This document shows, in pieces, positions 1 through 10,693 of a stretch of DNA of 33,091 nucleotides. The stretch's first letter is position 1. Each line of letters starts with the position of its first letter. Below the pieces are notes generated by a model, which did not search any database, was not told the DNA's origin, and was given only the letters and a program-made list of their open reading frames with translations. This stretch comes from Octopus bimaculoides (Eukaryota). Made by a program: the position numbers and the translations under genes. The stretch lies in NCBI RefSeq assembly GCF_001194135.2, contig NC_068986.1, positions 29,549,815 through 29,582,905 of the forward strand, written 5' to 3'.

Positions 1-88
1 GGTGGTGGTTGTGGTAGTCGTGGGAGTTGTGGTGGTGGTGGAGGTGGTCATGATCGTTGTCGCCGTCTTTGTAAACGCGGTGGTGGTG

Positions 89-152
<64 letters not shown>

Positions 153-170
153 TAGTAGTAGTAGGAGCAG
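1..170. repeat. (GTG)n/(GTA)n triplet microsatellite
   Basis: Direct GGT and AGT triplet runs; they explain the poly-Val ORF 2..190. Confidence 0.95.
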
Positions 171-462
171 TAGCTTCAGGGCGAGGGTGAGACACGTGGG
201 ATGGAGGAGTCGCTGAAGAGGTCACAGGACGTGTGAGGAAAAAATTAGGAACATTGATAAAGCTGAAGTGAAGAACGAATATATAGTGCGTGTGTATATT
301 TTTGCAACAAATAAAGTGACCGTCCCGAAATATAAGCAATAATAAAAGAATAGTTCAATTAATAATGGTAATAAGCATTTGTTGAAATAAGAACAATAGA
401 TTTAGCAGAGTTATTAGGTCATCGGACAAAATGCTTGTAGTATTTAGTTAGGACTTTTTTTT

Positions 463-638
463 TACCTTTTAAAACTCGCTTGTTTCGGTTACTAGAATAC
501 TGCCATGCTGGGGCACCGCTTCGAAAGTCGAACAAATCGACTCCAGTATTTTTTAACGTAATCAAACCAACACCGGTTGCGAAGCGATGGGATGGGGCGG
601 TAATCACAAGCACAAAGAAAGACTCACATAGACACACC
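463..638 (-). mobile_element. SINE family A 3' tail fragment
   Basis: Reverse-complement similarity to the 1620-1862 and 18170-18334 tails (motif GATTTGTTCGACT, followed by CCCCAGCATGG and TAAAAG end). Confidence 0.7.
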
Positions 639-721
639 CAGACATTATCACTACCAACTCTTCCACTATTACCATCATCACCACCACCACCAATACTACT
701 CATGGATACCCTCCTTCTCAG

Positions 722-1259
722 GTATACATGACTGAGACCTTTTTGCTCCCGGCCGTTTAAAGTAGACCTCACACATGGTTTCAGTAAGAAGGGGCAACTG
801 CTCATATAGCAAAGAGAAACAATGCAGTTGCTACGGCAGAGCTTTACAGAGAGAATAATCTCCCGCTACAACAATGTCAGCTGGCCTTCACGTTCCCCAG
901 ACTTGACTATCCTGGATTTTTTCTTGTGGGGATACCTGAAAGTGAAGGTTTACGTCAACAAACCGGATTCTCTGCTGCAACTGAAGGAGAGCGTCAACAG
1001 AGAAATTTGAGAAATGGGGTCTGAAACTCTTCAGGGTGTTATGGTACAAGTTTTTGAAAGAGCAAGGGCGTGCGAAGCCGAAAATGGATTCCATTTAAGC
1101 CAAGTCATTTTTCATATGTGATGTAGTGGTGTTGCAAAATTTGACTTGTACATATCAATTTCCATTGTCTTTTATATTGTATCAAAATTTCGTGCATTTA
1201 TTTGTAGTTAAGGAAGTTATGAAAGATTGAAACCCATCAGTGACTATTGGGACACCTTG
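722..1259 (+). mobile_element. Tc1/mariner DD41D (rosa-type) transposon, 5'-truncated remnant with right TIR
   Basis: Translation WFQ*EGATAHIAK/ETMQLLRQSFTERIISRYNNVSWPSRSPDLTILDFFLWGYLKVKVY (1-bp frameshift near 815; stops at 785 and 1008). There are 41 residues between the QQDG-equivalent acidic residue and the SPDLTILD Asp. The element ends TATTGGGACACCTTG then TA (rc TACAAGGTGTCCCAATA). It abuts a sequence matching the SINE tail at 10651-10692. Confidence 0.85.
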
Positions 1260-1414
1260 TATATGCCAAAGAAACTGGGAAACCGGCTTTATGCTCCCTA
1301 CAGAGTAATGAGGAGTAACCATTACTGAGAGGCAGATTAACAGGCTCGTCAGAGCCACAGAAAAGATGCCTTGTGGTATTTGATTACAACCGTTTACGTT
1401 CTGATTTCTAATCC

Positions 1415-1612
1415 TGTATGTATGTATGTATGTATGTATGTATGTATGTATGTATGTGTGTATGCATGTATGTATGCATGTATGTATGTATGTATGTATG
1501 TATGTATGTGTGTATGCAGGTATGTATGTATGTATGTATGTATGTGTGTATGCATGTATGTATGTATGTATGTATGTATGCATGTATGTATGTATGTATG
1601 TGTGTATGTATG
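1415..1612. repeat. (TATG)n microsatellite
   Basis: Direct tandem repeat; explains the MYVC/HTYI ORFs. Confidence 0.97.
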
Positions 1613-1619
1613 TGTGCGT

Positions 1620-1862
1620 ATCTTTGTATTTGTGTTTGTTCCAGCACCACTACCATTTGACAGCCGGCGTTGGTTTGTTTGCGTTCCAGTATTTTAGCCG
1701 ATCGGCATAAAAGACCGATAGAATAAATGACAGATTCTTAATAAAAAAAAAAAAGAAAGAAAGAGAAGAAAAGATGTATTAGGTTCGATTTGTTCAACTA
1801 AACCCTATAATGGGGTTCCCCACCAAGGCCGCAGTCCAATGACTGAGACAAGTAAAAGTGAA
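1620..1862 (+). mobile_element. SINE family A 3' tail
   Basis: Follows a microsatellite and matches the 18170-18334 tail and the rc of 463-638; ends GACTGAGACAAGTAAAAG. Confidence 0.7.
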
Positions 1863-2381
1863 AGTATTCTTATTTTTCTTGGAGAAACAAATGTTATCTC
1901 TCTCCTGTTTGATAGATGTTAGAATCACTTATTCAACCTCGGAGCCAGCTCCTATCTCCGATCAACAACAACAAACTATATACAATCAGCAACAGCAACG
2001 AACAAGGAAAATAGTTATTAAACTTATTGACGTCCAAATACGGATTATCTTTTACTTACCGTAGACAGTTGTACGTTTCGTGATCTTGCCCTCATCAACC
2101 AACTATTGTAAGGTTTAATGATAAGAATTCAAGATAAGAAGATGACAATTTTTATCCCTCATTGAACCATTCTCCTCATTACATAACCTTTCCAGAGCAC
2201 TACTCACCTAGGAAATCTTATAACTCTCCAGATAATACATTTTCATTTTTCTTCTTCTATTTTTTTCTATTAACTTTCACCCTTATTTCACATATCTGTC
2301 TGTTTATGTACACTTTCTAGTACGTTTATACCTACACCTGCAAGTTAATGCGTTATATGTCACATACGCATGCATAAAGCT

Positions 2382-2439
<58 letters not shown>

Positions 2440-2514
2440 NNNNNNNNNNCTACCCGCACACACATACACGACACTACTCATACATGTACATATGTGTGTG
2501 CGTGTGTGTGTGTT

Positions 2515-2571
<57 letters not shown>

Positions 2572-2782
2572 ATATACACACACACACGCATATATATTTA
2601 TATATATGCATGAATGCATATGTGTGTATGATTTATGTGCCCCCGCGCATGAGTATACTGACACACCCATATCGACGCACATAAAATTCACGAATCTGTT
2701 TGATTGTGTGTATATTTGAGTATGTTTGTGTGTATCACTAGACGTGTGTGTGTGTGTGTGTGTGTGAGTGTGTGTGTGTGTG

Positions 2783-2974
2783 TGTGTGTGTAGTGTGTTT
2801 GAATGTGTACGTCCTTTTTATTTGTAAATGCGTATATATTAATTTATGCACGTGTGAGAGAGTATACTTATGTGTGCGTGTGTAGTGTGTTTGAATGTGT
2901 ACGTCCTTTTTATTTGTAAATGCGTATATATTAATTTATGCATGTGTGAGAGAGTATACTTATGTGTGCGTGTG
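2783..2974. repeat. 92-bp tandem duplication seeded in (TG)n
   Basis: TAGTGTGTTTGAATGTGTACGTCC starts at 2791 and again at 2883; the two units are near identical. Confidence 0.9.
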
Positions 2975-3097
2975 TGATGTATATGGTGTATGTGATGTGT
3001 AGGTGTGCTTGTGCGAGTGGCTATGGTATGTGTGTGTGGCTATATATGAATGTGAGAATAGAAGTAATTATGGAGGCGGGAGAAAGTGAAAAACATT

Positions 3098-3263
3098 GGC
3101 GCAGGGCTGGGAAATGGATAAAAACTCTGGTTGGCAATCACGATGTTTCGAGTTCCATCCTAAAATGTGGTTTCTTGAGACAGTTTCTTTTACTATAAGC
3201 CTGGAGTTCATTCCAAAATCTGTGAGTGAAACTGGGTAGATGGAAACTGTGTGGAAGCCTATC
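3098..3263 (+). mobile_element. Old diverged SINE family A head and core
   Basis: GGCGCAGG head, degenerate B box, and GTGAGTGAAACTGGGTAGATGGAAACTGTGTGGAAGCC matching the rc of 6308-6340. Confidence 0.55.
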
Positions 3264-3466
3264 TATGGGACTAGCCTTCTCATAGTCACTGATGCTAATG
3301 TTACTTGAGAATTACGCTGATTGTACTCGTATATGGAATGCTCAGCCATTTTCACCTACGCTTCATTTGCACTATGTGTATTCCACATGTATTCCAGTTA
3401 ATCGAAGTACTGGAATACACTTTGACGAAATCGACAGGAGATCGAAGCGAGAGACAAAAGAATGGG

Positions 3467-3467
<1 letters not shown>

Positions 3468-3537
<70 letters not shown>
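3468..3537. repeat. (TG)n microsatellite
   Basis: Direct dinucleotide run. Confidence 0.97.
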
Positions 3538-3541
<4 letters not shown>

Positions 3542-3862
3542 CGTGCGTATACATATGAGTCATTGTGAGTGTGAAATAGTCTTTTCTGCAGAATTCACCT
3601 CGCTGACGCAAAACTCACATTTTCTCGGATTGTACTTAATGGCACTACAGAGGATCAACGGACACAAACACACACAAATACACACACACACATACATGCA
3701 CACACCATACATGCCATACACACTTATATGCGCTAATATATCTAACAGTGAGAATGTGTGTTCAACACTGTATCGGTGGGTAAATATTCTTCATTTGAGG
3801 TTAACAAGGCAACCAAAGCTAGATCTCCATAATTATTCAAGCATAGCGCATAGAAGTATATA

Positions 3863-5223
3863 TCATGTTGAGTAAAAGTAAGCAACATTTTGAATCATGA
3901 AGAATTTGTACTGGATTTTTGCAAGGTTTTAAATTCCGTTTCAATATCTTTTTTTTTTTTTGTAATTGTCTGATGATGCAGACAGTCTTGCTCAAATGCA
4001 TCAATAAATTAACATTGATATTTTTCTCACCGTTGTTACAATCATTTGGAATGGAACTGTCAAAGCGCGATATTCGAGCAATTTTGCTATTCAACTTCAA
4101 AAAAGGACGTAAAGCAGATGAAACTGCCCGTGTTATCAACGAAACGTTGGTGAGGAAATGACTAGTGAGTGGTCAGCTCGAAAATGGTTTGAACAATTTC
4201 GCAGTGGAGGCCTGAGCCTTGAAGATTGTGAGCGTAGTGGATGCCCATCTGNNNNNNNNNNNNNNNNNNNNNNNNNNNNNNNNNNNNNNNNNNNNNNNNN
4301 NNNNNNNNNNNNNNNNNNNNNNNNNNNNNNNNNNNNNNNNNNNNNNNNNNNNNNNNNNNNNNNNNNNNNNNNNNNNNNNNNNNNNNNNNNNNNNNNNNNN
4401 NNNNNNNNNNNNNNNNNNNNNNNNNNNNNNNNNNNNNNNNNNNNNNNNNNNNNNNNNNNNNNNNNNNNNNNNNNNNNNNNNNNNNNNNNNNNNNNNNNNN
4501 NNNNNNNNNNNNNNNNNNNNNNNNNNNNNNNNNNNNNNNNNNNNNNNNNNNNNNNNNNNNNNNNNNNNNNNNNNNNNNNNNNNNNNNNNNNNNNNNNNNN
4601 NNNNNNNNNNNNNNNNNNNNNNNNNNNNNNNNNNNNNNNNNNNNNNNNNNNNNNNNNNNNNAAAATATTCCCTTAACCCGAACTTTTCAAAAACAAGGTT
4701 ATGGTGACTATTTGGAGGTATACTGCTGGACTCATCCACTATGATTTCTTAAAACCCGGAAAAACCATTACTACAGAAACATATTGCCATGAAATTGCCA
4801 AAATGAACGAAAAACTGCTACCCCTCTATCCCAGAATGGTCAACAGAAGAGGGCCAATCATTTTTCATGACAATGCTCCACCACACGTTTCACTAATGAC
4901 GCTTCAGAAATTGAGGGAACTTGGCTACGAAGTTCCTCTCCACCCAGCTTATTCCTCAGACCTTTCTCCTTCAAGCACTGTGATGGTTTCCTGCGAGAGT
5001 AGGAATTCAAAAATCAAACCGAGGCTGAAAGTGCGTTCAAAGAGTTCATCAGCCCCAAAACTCCACATTTTTATGTTACCTGAATAAACAAACGTGTAAC
5101 TCGTTGGCAAAAATATTTTGATTGTTATGGTACTTACTTTGATGAATAAAATTACAGCATGGTTGTAATATATTGTGATGAATTTCGTGTTTCAAAACGT
5201 TGCTTACTCTTTACTCAGCCTGA
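3863..5223 (+). mobile_element. Mariner (DD34D) DNA transposon, near full length, with an internal assembly gap
   Basis: TIRs are TCATGTTGAGTAAAAGTAAGCAACATTTTGAA (3863-3894, preceded by TA) and TTCAAAACGTTGCTTACTCTTTACTCAGCCTGA (5191-5223). The ~1.36 kb span is typical of mariner. Confidence 0.92.
4051..5149 (+). pseudogene. Mariner transposase pseudogene
   Basis: N-terminal HTH region MELSKRDIRAILLFNFKKGRKADETARVINE...WFEQFRSG...ERSGCP. Catalytic region KVMVTIW...IHYDFLKPGKTIT...HDNAPPH...HPAYSSDLSPS. C-terminus RWQKYFDCYGTYFDE*. Multiple frameshifts and stops; gap at 4252-4660. Confidence 0.92.
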
Positions 5224-5645
5224 TGTGTATATATACATACATACATATCTTTTCTCCTACCTTTTCTCTTTTCAAAGAAAATATTTCTCCCAGCATTCAC
5301 TATTTTCCTCTCGTTCTGCTCTAAAGACCCTCTATGTTCGTTTTCGCTCGGTTTCCTTCTTTGTCTCCACTGTCCTATTTTTGTTCCCAACTTTGATCCT
5401 CCATAAAATCCAAAATTCATTTTGGAAGTTATGGGACCAACTGTCTTCCAAGACTCATATTGTCGTTGAATGCTCTAAATGAGAAGTAGATAGACAGCCG
5501 ATAACTGATGAAGGGTCGTTCTTTGTGTTACTTGTTCTGTTTTCAATTTTTTTCTCTCGTTTGCGTATTTAACTCACTTTGTTAGCTCGTATTTCATGTT
5601 GTTTATAGTTGGTGACATCCTGTACCCATATATGCCATATATGCA

Positions 5646-5677
<32 letters not shown>

Positions 5678-6307
5678 NNNNNNNNNNNNNNNNNNNNNNN
5701 NNNNNNNNNNNNNNNNNNNNNNNNNNNNNNNNNNNNNNNNNNNNNNNNNNNNNNNNNNNNNNNNNNNNNNNNNNNNNNNNNNNNNNNNNNNNNNNNNNNN
5801 NNNNNNNNNNNNNNNNNNNNNNNNNNNNNNNNNNNNNNNNNNNNNNNNNNNNNNNNNNNNNNNNNNNNNNNNNNNNNNNNNNNNNNNNNNNNNNNNNNNN
5901 NNNNNNNNNNNNNNNNNNNNNNNNNNNNNNNNNNNNNNNNNNNNNNNNNNNNNNNNNNNNNNNNNNNNNNNNNNNNNNNNNNNNNNNNNNNNNNNNNNNN
6001 NNNNNNNNNNNNNNNNNNNNNNNNNNNNNNNNNNNNNNNNNNNNNNNNNNNNNNNNNNNNNNNNNNNNNNNNNNNNNNNNNNNNNNNNNNNNNNNNNNNN
6101 NNNNNNNNNNNNNNNNNNNNNNNNNNNNNNNNNNNNNNNNNNNNNNNNNNNNNNNNNNNNNNNNNNNNNNNNNNNNNNNNNNNNNNNNNNNNNNNNNNNN
6201 NNNNNNNNNNNNNNNNNNNNNNNNNNNNNNNNNNNNNNNNNNNNNNNNNNNNNNNNNTATATATATATATACATATATATATATATACATATATATATAC
6301 ATATATA

Positions 6308-6473
6308 CGATGGGCTTCTTTCAGTTTCCGTCAACCAAATCCACTCACAAGGCTTTGGTCGGCCCGAGGCTATAGTAGAAGACACTTGCCCAAGGTACCA
6401 CGCAGTGAGACTGATCCTGGAACCATGTGGTTCGTAAGCAAGCTACTTACCACACAGTCACAGCCACTCCTGC
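6308..6473 (-). mobile_element. tRNA-derived SINE family A (head and core)
   Basis: rc reads GCAGGAGTGGCTGTG...GTGGTAAGTAGC...CCTTGGGCAAGTGTCTTCTACTATAGCC...GTGAGTGGATTTGG; homologous to 17678-17819 and 3098-3263. Confidence 0.8.
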
Positions 6474-6702
6474 ATATACATGTATATGTATGTATGTATG
6501 TATATAACAATGTAAGAGCGCGCCTTTGATGCAAGTCTCATCGAGTGTCACCCTAATGTCTAAAACCGCAAACATTATGTAAATTCTCACTTCAAATTTT
6601 TGCATAGACTGGTGTTGCAAGCAGAGTTAGTACAAAAACAATCGTAACAAATCATTAAAGATGTGTTATAAAGGATTTCTTAGTCTTCTTATTATTTGGA
6701 TA

Positions 6703-6747
<45 letters not shown>

Positions 6748-6757
6748 NNNNNNNNNN

Positions 6758-6804
<47 letters not shown>

Positions 6805-7277
6805 CGTATATATTTCCTTTACACTGACGTAAATCACGCGTTTTTAATTAACATAAAATAATTTTGAGCTTTGCTCTAAAATGATTTGGCGTGGAAATAA
6901 ACTCCGCCCCCTTCTTCGAGAGAACATGGTTCCACAAGCGAAGTATCATGACTCCCTCCAATTCATTCATATTCAACTCCTTTGCAGTGGGAACCACACA
7001 TACGCTTCTTCTTTTCTTTTTTTCTCTCCCCCCCTCTCTCACTCTCTCGTTCTTGCGTAGACCTATATATTAGTCAGTACCCTTAATATATTATCAAGTA
7101 ACTTAGAGTTGTTAATTAGAGATACAAGCACTTTTTAAAAGACATTGGTTAGCAAAGGTTTGAGGTGCTGTGCTACTCTCATTTGCAGGCCCTCCTATAG
7201 ACAGGCAAGACCCAGGATGGGTAACTACTACTACTACACCAATCTCACTAGCCTACAAATGTATTGGAACAATCCTT

Positions 7278-8353
7278 GGATCTATTTTAAAACGGGGGCC
7301 ACAGTTTTCATTAATGTTTTACGTAGTGTTTTTGGTACCGAAAGACTTTCAAACTTCGTATACTTATCTATTTTGTGTTATAGAAGAGAAAAATATTTTT
7401 GTATTCGAATTTATTTCATGTAAAAAATTGTGTTATTTCGATAATTTCAACCAATCACTGACAAGTATTCAGTTGTTTATATTTACTCCTTTGGCTGATT
7501 AAGCGGTGTAAAGCGTATTTAATCTCCATAACTTCTGACATTTGCAGAGAGGCAACACGTGTGTTCGTTTTCNNNNNNNNNNNNNNNNNNNNNNNNNNNN
7601 NNNNNNNNNNNNNNNNNNNNNNNNNNNNNNNNNNNNNNNNNNNNNNNNNNNNNNNNNNNNNNNNNNNNNNNNNNNNNNNNNNNNNNNNNNNNNNNNNNNN
7701 NNNNNNNNNNNNNNNNNNNNNNNNNNNNNNNNNNNNNNNNNNNNNNNNNNNNNNNNNNNNNNNNNNNNNNNNNNNNNNNNNNNNNNNNNNNNNNNNNNNN
7801 NNNNNNNNNNNNNNNNNNNNNNNNNNNNNNNNNNNNNNNNNNNNNNNNNNNNNNNNNNNNNNNNNNNNNNNNNNNNNNNNNNNNNNNNNNNNNNNNNNNN
7901 NNNNNNNNNNNNNNNNNNNNNNNNNNNNNNNNNNNNNNNNNNNNNNNNNNNNNNNNNNNNNNNNNNNNNNNNNNNNNNNNNNNNNNNNNNNNNNNNNNNN
8001 NNNNNNNNNNNNNNNNNNNNNTAGGGTTAGCCTATAATAGAAAGGTTTATTAGCTACTGCCAATATGCTTCAGCCATTTTTTGACAAGGAAATAATAATT
8101 TTATCACCGATAGAATTGTTTCAGAATCGTTTGTTTATGTAGTCGGCACTTAATGTATATCGGCTGAATGGACGTCAGTGATTGGTTGAAATTACAGAAA
8201 TACGACAACTTTAACATGGAATAACTTAGGGATTTCTTTTTTTTTTAAGAAGACTAAGAGAAAACATGTTTTATATGACACATTCTACCAGTGTTCCAAG
8301 TTTCAAAGTGTTTCGTTAAGAAAATACTGTGGCCCCCGTTTTAAAAAAGATCC
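7278..8353. mobile_element. Non-autonomous long-TIR (foldback-like) DNA transposon with 8-bp TSD
   Basis: Termini GGATCT...AGATCC. CAATCCTT direct repeat at 7270-7277 and 8354-8361. Imperfect ~200-bp inverted arms include a perfect 21-bp match (7442-7462 vs 8174-8194). The centre is a gap ending in TAGGGTTAG. Confidence 0.85.
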
Positions 8354-8421
8354 CAATCCTTGCATCATTCACTTAGTAATGATTCGTTGCAATTGTTTCT
8401 GTACTATAAAGAGATGGAGAG

Positions 8422-8503
8422 GGATAGACAGACAGACAGACAAACAAACAGGCAAACAGACACACAGATAGACAGACAGATAGACAGATAGATAGATAGA
8501 TAA

Positions 8504-8558
<55 letters not shown>

Positions 8559-8627
8559 CATACATACATACATACATACATACATACATACATACGTACA
8601 TACACAGAGAGAGGGAGAGTGAGTGTA

Positions 8628-8660
<33 letters not shown>

Positions 8661-8739
8661 GAGAGAGAGAGAGGGGGGAAAGAGAGATAGAAAGAGAGAG
8701 GGAAAGAGAGAGAGAGAGAGGGAAAGAGAGAGAGAGAGA

Positions 8740-8777
<38 letters not shown>
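8422..8777. repeat. Compound microsatellite (GACA)(GATA)(CATA)(TG)(GA)
   Basis: Direct tandem repeats. Confidence 0.95.
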
Positions 8778-9364
8778 NNNNNNNNNNNNNNNNNNNNNNN
8801 NNNNNNNNNNNNNNNNNNNNNNNNNNNNNNNNNNNNNNNNNNNNNNNNNNNNNNNNNNNNNNNNNNNNNNNNNNNNNNNNNNNNNNNNNNNNNNNNNNNN
8901 NNNNNNNNNNNNNNNNNNNNNNNNNNNNNNNNNNNNNNNNNNNNNNNNNNNNNNNNNNNNNNNNNNNNNNNNNNNNNNNNNNNNNNNNNNNNNNNNNNNN
9001 NNNNNNNNNNNNNNNNNNNNNNNNNNNNNNNNNNNNTATATATATATATATATGTATATATATATGATTGTATGTATGTATATATACACACACACTCAAT
9101 TTATTTTACATATCAATTAATATACAGAATAAATTGCTCTGTGGTTTCAGATTTGTCAATTAGTGATCATGGGAGAATTACCGAATACTCTGTTATAATA
9201 CACAAATTAATTAATCCAGTGCTAGCAATTATTTCTAGCCTTGCTGGTAAAATAATGAAAAATAATCCCCTGTGGAGAAACTCATAGATTCAGCAACTGA
9301 ATGATTGAGATTTTGACCTAGTTGTAGGGTCACATTCAGTTCGATAATATTGGAATGGTATTAA

Positions 9365-9780
9365 GGCGGCGAGCTGGTAGAAACGTTAGCACGCCGGGCG
9401 AAATGCTTAGCGGTATTTCGTCCGTCTTTACGTTCTGAGTTCAAATTCCGCTGAGGTCGACTTTGCCTCTCATCCTTTCGGGGTCGATTAAAAAAGTACC
9501 AGTTATACACTGGGGTCAATGTAATCAACTTAATCCCTTCCCCAAAATTTCAGGCCTTGTGCCCAGAATTGAAAAGAACAAAGGCGACGAGCTGGCAGAA
9601 ACTTAGCACGCCGGGCGAAATGCTTAGCGGCATTTCGTCTGAGTTCAAATTCCGCCGAGGTCGACTTTGCCTTTCATCCTTTCGGGGTTGATAAATTAAG
9701 TACCAGTTGCGTACAGGGGCCAATCTAATCGACTGGCCTCATCCCCAAAGATTTCGGGCCTTGTGCTGAGAGTAGAAAAG
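9365..9780 (+). mobile_element. Head-to-tail dimer of SINE family B within one 19-bp TSD
   Basis: Two copies (to ~9578 and from ~9581), each with GAGCTGG.AGAA head, B box GAGTTCAAATTCC and core GTCGACTTTGCC...TCATCCTTTCGGGG. Flanked by AATATTGGAATGGTATTAA (9346-9364) and AATATCGGAATGGTACTAA (9781-9799). Confidence 0.88.
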
Positions 9781-9829
9781 AATATCGGAATGGTACTAAT
9801 GCACGCTTTTGTCATAGAATGGTTTATTA

Positions 9830-10060
9830 TGACGGATATTTGTCCTCATCTTGTTTATTGTTAACAACGTTTCGGCTGATATACCCTCCAGCTTTCATCA
9901 GGTGTCTTGGGGGAAATTTCGAACCTGGATTCTCATTCCTAAGGTAATTTTCGATGTTGTTATTATTATTATTATTATTATCATTCAGGTCACTGCCTGG
10001 AATCGAACTCGGAATCTTGGAGTTAGTAGCCTGCACTCTTAACCACTACACCGTCTGCCC
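9830..10060 (-). mobile_element. tRNA-derived SINE with (AAT)n linker and hammerhead-like tail
   Basis: rc shows an A box (GGTGTAGTGGTT), a B box (GAGTTCGATTCC), an (AAT)n run, then GACAC-CTGATGA-AAGCTG-loop-CAGCC-GAAACGTT. Confidence 0.75.
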
Positions 10061-10438
10061 GTGGGTTTATTACTGTTTATATATTGAATTGCATATATAT
10101 GGGTGCACCAAAATCTTTCGAGTGCTTAGGGCCTGCCAGTAGGCGATGTACATAAAACAGTTTTAAGTTGGGTAAGATACAAAAATCGACAAATGTACTG
10201 AAAAGTCTATTGAGGCAATACTGTACACAACATGAAATTGAATTCTTAAGATTATTAATGTATGCAGTAATTAAAACTCTCATGAACTTAAATGGTTGGT
10301 GATCTTAATTAAATTATGCTTCATTAAAAGGGTTCAACGAATAATTGAACGTAATTATAAATATTTAAAAGCAACAACATAAGCTTCTTGCGAGAAAATA
10401 ATAAATCAAGAATAAATGGCGGGTACACCAAATCACTA

Positions 10439-10693
10439 GGCGCATAGCTTAGTGGTTAGGGTGTTGGACTCATGATCGTAAGATTGTAGTTTCGATTCCT
10501 GGGCCGGGCGAAACGTTGTGGGTTTTTTAACAAAAAATTTCATTTCACGTAGCTGCAATCCACTCAGCCGGTATAAATGAGTAATCCTACGACGGACCGA
10601 CGTCCCATCCTGGTGATGGTGGGGAGGCGGGTATATACGCCAGGCGAACGGGGAAACAGGCCTTATGCTCCTTACGGAATAATGAGGATTAAG
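10439..10693 (+). mobile_element. tRNA-derived SINE family C (head and core as in 28231, different tail)
   Basis: A box TAGCTTAGTGG, B box GTTTCGATTCC, core TTTCATTTCACGTAGCTGCAATCCACTCAGC...AAATGAGTA shared with 28231-28380. Confidence 0.8.

Noticed and set aside
213-245. CTGAAGA-GG-TCACA(GGACG)TGTGA-GG-AAAA hammerhead-like motif
   Set aside because: The closing 10.1-11.1 pair is broken and no stem I, stem III or NUH can be formed; at most a heavily decayed relic.
1893-2064. Plus-strand Gln-rich ORF (SDQQQQTIYNQQQQR) after a good acceptor
   Set aside because: The Gln runs come from a (CAA/CAG) microsatellite, and there is no good donor or homology cue.
3970-5530. CTGATGA/TCATCAG matches at ~3970, ~5047 and ~5505
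   Set aside because: The first two lie within the mariner. None is followed by stem II plus GAAA.
9988-10060. tRNA-like sequences here and at 10439, 16100-16174, 25390-25459 and 28235 as tRNA genes
   Set aside because: Acceptor and anticodon stems are imperfect and each continues into a repeated SINE body.
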